From positions 32,001-96,000 of IMG/VR virus record IMGVR_UViG_3300027969_002800: 64,000 nt of DNA; one strand, given 5' to 3'. The number at the start of each line of letters is the position of its first letter. Position 1 is the stretch's first letter. A model generated the notes under the pieces. The model saw nothing but the letters and a program-made list of their open reading frames with translations, did not search any database and was not told where the DNA came from. A program made the position numbers and the translations under genes. This DNA is from a virus. Shown in pieces: positions 59,058 to 64,000 of this stretch.

Positions 59058-59350
59058 TAGAACCCTGTTTTAATTGGTTGTGGTGATATTTCATATGTAC
59101 ATTCTTGACTATATAGTCTTAGAATGATGTGAAGCTGTTCTATTCTTAAATAGTTTTCTTCTTCATCTAATGCTAGTCCTTTTATCTGTACGCCATTACC
59201 ATTATCAATTAGTTCAATAGCTTTTGTTCCTACAAGACTACTGTTCCATTCAAGGTGATCACTGTAATATAATGTGTGTATCATTGAGCCTTCTGTGTTT
59301 GTTTTTAGATAGTCATACTCATGTATACCATCTATGTAAATCTCTTCCAT
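59057..59350 (-). CDS. Hypothetical protein
   Basis: Operon packing. Confidence 0.5.
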   Translation of the reverse strand: MEEIYIDGIHEYDYLKTNTEGSMIHTLYYSDHLEWNSSLVGTKAIELIDNGNGVQIKGLALDEEENYLRIEQLHIILRLYSQECTYEISPQPIKTGF

Positions 59351-59354
59351 GTTA

Positions 59355-59768
59355 TTAGGGGGTTTTAATTATTTCTATTAATTTTTTAAGACATTCAAGT
59401 TCTGCTTCTTCGTAGGTATAGTTTTTGCGTTCAGACTCAAAATCATCTAAATTATAATCTTGAATTACAATTTCAAATCTGTAACTAATTACTTCACCTG
59501 ATGAATCGCAATAAGGTATTATTAAAGAATGCTCATTATACTTCTCTCTAAACCATCTAAATGCTTGTTGGCATAATGGTGCTGAACATATAATATCTTC
59601 TGTTTGGTTTGTGATTAAACCATCAGTATCAAAAAGCAAAGCTCCACAGCCATATAAAGTTGGTATTCTTTCTTTTGTTTTATAAGTCCAAGATGATAAA
59701 CAAGGTTCATCAAATCCTAATTCTTTTAAAGCCAATGCTTGTTCGTAGGGAATAAACTCTTTTTCCAT
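59355..59768 (-). CDS. Hypothetical protein
   Basis: EKEFIPYEQALALKELGFDEPC..APLCQQAFRWFREKY..TYEEAELECLKKLIEI, a common phage ORF type. Confidence 0.65.
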   Translation of the reverse strand: MEKEFIPYEQALALKELGFDEPCLSSWTYKTKERIPTLYGCGALLFDTDGLITNQTEDIICSAPLCQQAFRWFREKYNEHSLIIPYCDSSGEVISYRFEIVIQDYNLDDFESERKNYTYEEAELECLKKLIEIIKTP

Positions 59769-59770
59769 AG

Positions 59771-60004
59771 CTAATATCCTGCTAGTTTTGCCATTAATCC
59801 ATCTTGACTTAATATATAAGCAAGATCATCTTCTTGTTTTGGTGTAAGAGATTTAATAGCAGAAACAAGATTGATTCTACTATATGTTATATCTTCTCCA
59901 TACATCTTCTTTACATTCTCTCCTATTTCTAAGAGCTCTGATACATTAAAATTGTCTACAGGATTGTTATTATCATCAACCCATCTTCCGTTAATAATAC
60001 GCAT
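59771..60004 (-). CDS. Hypothetical protein
   Basis: Operon packing. Confidence 0.5.
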   Translation of the reverse strand: MRIINGRWVDDNNNPVDNFNVSELLEIGENVKKMYGEDITYSRINLVSAIKSLTPKQEDDLAYILSQDGLMAKLAGY

Positions 60005-60009
60005 AATTA

Positions 60010-60246
60010 TTAATTTAATTGGTTATCTATTACTTTCTCTATTATTTCATTGTATACATCATCACTAAGTAAATCAGTGATAACTATTCCTTCTAACTTA
60101 ACTGATGTTATTTCAAACTCAGCAGAACATCCTGGATGTCCAGATCCATCTGGATAATACATAACCATTGGTTCTGGTGGAGAATAATACCCATGTACAT
60201 CTAAACGTACATCATATACATTTACTTCTGTTTCTATTTCTTTCAT
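60010..60246 (-). CDS. Hypothetical protein
   Basis: YYPDGSGHPG motif. Confidence 0.55.
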   Translation of the reverse strand: MKEIETEVNVYDVRLDVHGYYSPPEPMVMYYPDGSGHPGCSAEFEITSVKLEGIVITDLLSDDVYNEIIEKVIDNQLN

Positions 60247-60660
60247 ATCTTATTTCTTTTTAAATTGTTTAATAAATTGTTTAATAACATCTATTGATGA
60301 TTCAAAAGCTATTAAACTACCTTCTACTAAATGAATACTCATTTTATCTTGATTCTTTTCGATATTTTCTCTTATAATTCCTATTTCTGAAATAATATCA
60401 TTTAAAAAAGACTTAACTTTTTTCTCACTATAACTTCTTTCTTGTTGCCATTTAGCACCTGCAATAAAAGAATTTCTTATGTCATAATTTTTATCATACC
60501 AATCCATATAATCATTTGTTTCTATAATTGGATATAATCTTTCAGCAACTTCTTCAAAAACTTTATCTTTTTGTAATTCTAAAGGCAGTTCTGATAATTT
60601 AATTACGGATTTTGTTATTTTTTTCATCTTATTTGTTTTTAAATTGTTTAATAAATTGTT
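60247..60660. repeat. 35-bp direct repeat pair (60247-60281 and 60626-60660)
   Basis: ATCTTATTT(C/G)TTTTTAAATTGTTTAATAAATTGTT, 34/35 identical. Confidence 0.8.
60250..60627 (-). CDS. Hypothetical protein (likely start MKKITK)
   Basis: FIAGAKWQQERSYSE motif; ends KQFKKK. Confidence 0.55.
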   Translation of the reverse strand: MKKITKSVIKLSELPLELQKDKVFEEVAERLYPIIETNDYMDWYDKNYDIRNSFIAGAKWQQERSYSEKKVKSFLNDIISEIGIIRENIEKNQDKMSIHLVEGSLIAFESSIDVIKQFIKQFKKK

Positions 60661-60699
60661 CAAGGTTTTTTCCATTATTAGATTCACAGTTTATTCCAG

Positions 60700-61365
60700 C
60701 TATACTTGTTTTCCAAAATATTCTTTTGGAACTTTAAAAGCATTTAATGAATATTCAATAGCATCTTGTTTAAATTCTTCTTTTAGTTTGCTTTCCCAAT
60801 ATTTACAATTAGCGTAAAAGTAATTATCAAAATCTCCATCTTCTGAATATTCTAAACAATCATTATCAAATTTTTCAAGTAATTCTTTAGAAGCAATTTT
60901 TCTAAATTCTTCAAAACTTAATGGTTCTTCTTTTGGAATGATGATTTTGTATTCAGACCAATTTCTAATAGGTTTACCAGTAACAGTGTCTATAAAAGTT
61001 CTTTTAACCTCAACCTCCTCACAACTTGGATTCTTAACAAACCATTCTAAAAATTCATCATCAATAGCTTTTACACCATCTTTGATTAAGTCTTGGTATG
61101 TTGTTAGAATTATTTTTTTGCAACTTGGAGCATCATTAGCTAATTCAAACATTTCTCCATTAGAAATGGTATTGTTATCAACATTTAGCCAATAATCATT
61201 AAGTTTAATTTCTTCATCATTAGTGATGTATATGTGTTGCGGAGTAATAGAGGCTACTCTATTATCATACATTCCAGCTTCTTTTTTACATAAGGCTAGT
61301 CCTGTTCTAATAGATTTAGACAACCTACTTAGTTTATCTGTTGATAATACGTGTATGTTTTTCAT
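60700..61365 (-). CDS. Hypothetical protein
   Basis: MKNIHVL..HIYITNDEEIK..CKKIILTT..IDDEFLEWFVKNPSCE, a Flavobacterium-phage-type ORF. Confidence 0.6.
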   Translation of the reverse strand: MKNIHVLSTDKLSRLSKSIRTGLALCKKEAGMYDNRVASITPQHIYITNDEEIKLNDYWLNVDNNTISNGEMFELANDAPSCKKIILTTYQDLIKDGVKAIDDEFLEWFVKNPSCEEVEVKRTFIDTVTGKPIRNWSEYKIIIPKEEPLSFEEFRKIASKELLEKFDNDCLEYSEDGDFDNYFYANCKYWESKLKEEFKQDAIEYSLNAFKVPKEYFGKQV

Positions 61366-61663
61366 ATTATAATGTGTTTTTATAGTTAAATTGTAAGTTT
61401 TAAACTGACTAGAGTGATATAAATCATAATATAATGTGATTTATAAAAGAATAAGGGCTCCACTACAGAGCCCTTGAATTCTCCTCCCTAATAACCCAAC
61501 TTATGCAGTTGGTCTATGTTGGCTTCTACAATATACACACCATGTGTTATTGTACATGAGAATGCTATACACATAGCAAACGCTAATTGTCTGAATTGCC
61601 AAAACTCTGTTGGCTGTAATCTAATTGTCTTCATTTCTATTGTTATTAAGGATTAATACATAA

Positions 61664-61694
61664 TAAGAAAAGCCCCTAGTTTCCTAGAGGCTTT
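61664..61694 (-). terminator. Intrinsic terminator closing the RNA-gene cluster
   Basis: AAGCCTCTAG-GAAA-CTAGGGGCTT followed by TTCTT on the - strand. Confidence 0.7.
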
Positions 61695-61862
61695 AATAGG
61701 ACCTTCTCCCTTGAGAGATGTCAATTGTTGAGGTTAGGAACTTTGGATACCCTGCTTCTCTATGAGTACTCAACACCTTCTCTGCGTGGATAGGACTCAA
61801 CATTCGTGGCATGCAAACTACCCAATGTCTGTTACTGTGCTATTTGCGTCAAGTAACTGCTG

Positions 61863-61958
61863 TGATTGAGACAGGACTTGAACCTGTATGTGTACCGAGT
61901 TTATTTGGATTATGAGTACACTTAACCCAATTAGCGTCTACCATTTCGCCACTCAATC
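61863..61958 (-). tRNA. tRNA-like element (Leu-type D arm, aberrant anticodon region)
   Basis: Acceptor GATTGAG/CTCAATC+A; D arm TGGCGAAATGGTAGACGC; T arm ACAGG-TTCAAGT-CCTGT; no canonical 5-bp/7-nt anticodon arm. Confidence 0.6.
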
Positions 61959-61975
61959 ATTTAATAATAGATAAA

Positions 61976-62479
61976 CTACATTTTATTTATATAAGATCTA
62001 TTTGCAGATATATCACGTATTGTTGCATAAGGTATATCATACTCTATAGATAAATATTTCAAATCTAACTTTTCTTTATTAGTTCTTCTTAATGAGATTA
62101 TATTATATATCTGAGTAACTAAAGTAATATCAAATTGTCTATTAGGTGGTACATGTCCTTTTTGAAACTTTTTACCCTCATCTACTACTAATCTACCTTT
62201 AGCTTTACAATCTTGCATATTATCTTTCTGTGTACCTAAAAATAAATGATTAGGATTTACACATTTTCTGTTATCACATGTATGACAAACTTTTAATGTA
62301 TTATCTGTGATATTACCGTAAATTAGCTCATATGATAATCTATGAGAACCATGTGTCTTATCTTTTGTTTTAAATGCACCGTATCCATTTGATCTACATG
62401 ATGCTGTCCATTCCCAACAATCATTCTCTGATTTGATACTTACTTTATCCCAGAATCTTTTAATTTGTTCTTCAGTCAT
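61976..62479 (-). CDS. HNH homing endonuclease
   Basis: RFWDKV..CWEW..GYG..HRLSY..VCHTCDNRKCVNPNHLFLGTQKDNMQD. Confidence 0.9.
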   Translation of the reverse strand: MTEEQIKRFWDKVSIKSENDCWEWTASCRSNGYGAFKTKDKTHGSHRLSYELIYGNITDNTLKVCHTCDNRKCVNPNHLFLGTQKDNMQDCKAKGRLVVDEGKKFQKGHVPPNRQFDITLVTQIYNIISLRRTNKEKLDLKYLSIEYDIPYATIRDISANRSYINKM

Positions 62480-62494
62480 AATATAATTATTTTG

Positions 62495-62543
62495 CCACAG
62501 GGATAAGAATTGAACTTACATTTACATACCATTATGCCCTGTG
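62495..62543 (-). ncRNA. Mini tRNA-like element lacking an anticodon arm
   Basis: CACAGGG/CCCTGTG acceptor; CATA-ATGG-TATG D-like arm; 5-nt linker; GTAAG-TTCAATT-CTTAT T arm. Confidence 0.65.
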
Positions 62544-62875
62544 TGGTGGAGGTGGCGGCATACGATAGCCGCGTCCAAATTACGTTCATCAATACAATTT
62601 ATACAGCTTATTTAGGGTCAAGCTCAGCTTAACGATCCACCACTCTGTTTAATCTAACAGAGAAATCTTCATTAATTTAGGCTGCTACACCAAGATCAGT
62701 ATCTACATTCAATAATGAGAACACTTTGTTCATGTTAGCTTCGATTTGTGCGTTTGCTCCTAGAGCCACTACACGAGAATTGTTTTTGCCATTTAATTAA
62801 ATTCACCTTAGTTTACAGTTATCTCTCTGGCTGATTGTATTAATTATTGGTAACCTGTCAAATCCAGTCACCCCC
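62544..62875 (-). ncRNA. ssrA: tmRNA
   Basis: 5' GGGGGTGACTGGATTTGACAG and 3' CACCTCCACCA form an acceptor stem with G3:U70 and encoded CCA. Tag ORF 62790-62677 ends ..GVAA*. 332 nt. Confidence 0.93.
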
Positions 62876-62879
62876 AAAA

Positions 62880-63312
62880 TTGTAGGATATCGCTTAACCT
62901 ACGAAGTTGATCACACTTCTTTTCTATACGAACGATTTTTTTTAGCACCCAGTTTATATAGCTTGAATCTCTCAAGCACCATGCCTTATTAGGGTCTCTA
63001 TATAAACTTAGGGTCACGTAGTAAGAGATGCTCTAAATGTTTTTTACAGATAGACTGGGACACATTACTACTTGCTGAGAACTCATTTGTGTTGTATATG
63101 CAGAAATTCTCATATCTTCATCTCATTATCTTTCTCAAGGATAACAACACATTCTACATCTCTGTAGACATCTTTATGTAAACACACTACTATAGCCAAG
63201 TCTTTTAACGCAGACCTCATTAAGGCAGGCTTTTTGTTTACAAAGGTATTCAATGTTTAACCTATAGCTTCTAACAGATTATAAGTTCTGACGCTTTACA
63301 CAGCTTAGCTAT
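62880..63312 (-). ncRNA. Candidate large structured non-coding RNA
   Basis: About 430 nt with no ORF in the track; many hairpins, three capped by GAGA loops; long-range complementary segments; lies between a TATATTTG box and the tmRNA. Confidence 0.5.
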
Positions 63313-63320
63313 TTATTATG

Positions 63321-63328
63321 CAAATATA
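63321..63328 (-). promoter_or_regulatory. Bacteroidota-type -7 box (TATATTTG) heading the RNA cluster
   Basis: TAnnTTTG consensus. Confidence 0.6.
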
Positions 63329-63493
63329 ATAAATTATTATTGATTAAGTGTATGTCTTACATCAATTGTTCTTTGTCTTATAATTCCTCTCTTGAAATTA
63401 TATATCACTTCTACTATTAGTCTCTTAGACAATGTATGTCTGTAGGTATTAGTTGAACCAACTAATGTTCCTTTACTAATTCTAGGTCTCATG

Positions 63494-63724
63494 TTACAGC
63501 GTAGCAATGAACATAGTTATTGATGCTGTAGCTAATATAGCACACACCCAGCATAATATATTGAAATCACGCTTATATATAGCTTTCTGTTTCTCTAGCA
63601 CATCTATTATCTGATCTTTGATCTCTAATGCTCTTTCTGCTTTATTCTGATATTCATGTACATCAGCTTTAATAAGCTGTATTTGATTCAATAGTTGATC
63701 TATTGTCTTTAAATCTTTCTTCAT
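63494..63724 (-). CDS. Coiled-coil protein with C-terminal TM helix
   Basis: 76 aa. Confidence 0.5.
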   Translation of the reverse strand: MKKDLKTIDQLLNQIQLIKADVHEYQNKAERALEIKDQIIDVLEKQKAIYKRDFNILCWVCAILATASITMFIATL

Positions 63725-64000
63725 TGTTATTTGATTGTTTAATTATTTCTTACCTAATATCATACCAATAAGAATTGGTAGTATGATTGGACTAAATATA
63801 AATGATGCGAAAGCATAAGCCTTCACATCATCTAATCTATCATAAGTCTCTATGAACACACCTAGCATAACTAAGTATGATGCAATGATGTATATAAATA
63901 TCATAAGCCAATAAGTTCATCAAAACAGCTCTCTAACAAATATGTTAAATCACGTCTCTCGTGTAACAATACATCAACTTGTTCTTCAATGATATGAATA

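Noticed and set aside
62880-63312. RNase P RNA or group II intron identity for the structured region
   Set aside because: Lacks the GAGGAAAGTCC-type RNase P core and the group II domain V/GUGYG signatures.
1-64000. Stop-codon reassignment as in some crAss-like phages
   Set aside because: Long genes are intact in the standard code, TAG and TGA serve as normal stops, and no suppressor tRNA is seen.

Overview
AT-rich phage DNA, most consistent with a crAss-like (Crassvirales) phage of a Bacteroidota host, read in the standard genetic code. The + strand block (1-26.5 kb) starts with the C-terminal part of a giant virion RNA polymerase (DFDID motif) and a second giant virion protein. It continues with Gly-Ser/Thr-repeat and FISUMP/FN3 fibre-like proteins, a lysis module, and a cluster of small Thr-rich and Lys-rich proteins. 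That cluster also holds a ferritin-like protein, an LCIB-type carbonic-anhydrase-like protein and a glycosyltransferase; four glycosyltransferase genes lie across 15.9-28 kb. The - strand block (26.6-64 kb) carries replication and metabolism genes: PolB, DnaB, SF2 helicase, primase, AAA ATPase, RecA, exonuclease, rIIA/rIIB, dNMP kinase, MazG, PhoH, thioredoxin and a GroES-like protein. It also has a uracil-DNA glycosylase split by a group I intron, several homing endonucleases, and an RNA-gene cluster at 61.7-63.3 kb. Most notable are four things. (1) A tmRNA with a 37-residue tag, abutted by an anticodon-less mini-tRNA and flanked by further structured RNAs. (2) A putative protein O-glycosylation system with Ser/Thr-rich mucin-like substrates. 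(3) Homing-endonuclease cassettes that appear to have replaced the end or start of their target genes. (4) A carbonic-anhydrase-like domain fused to a short module shared with a Thr-rich peptide. All family assignments are from motif recognition by eye; no searches were run.
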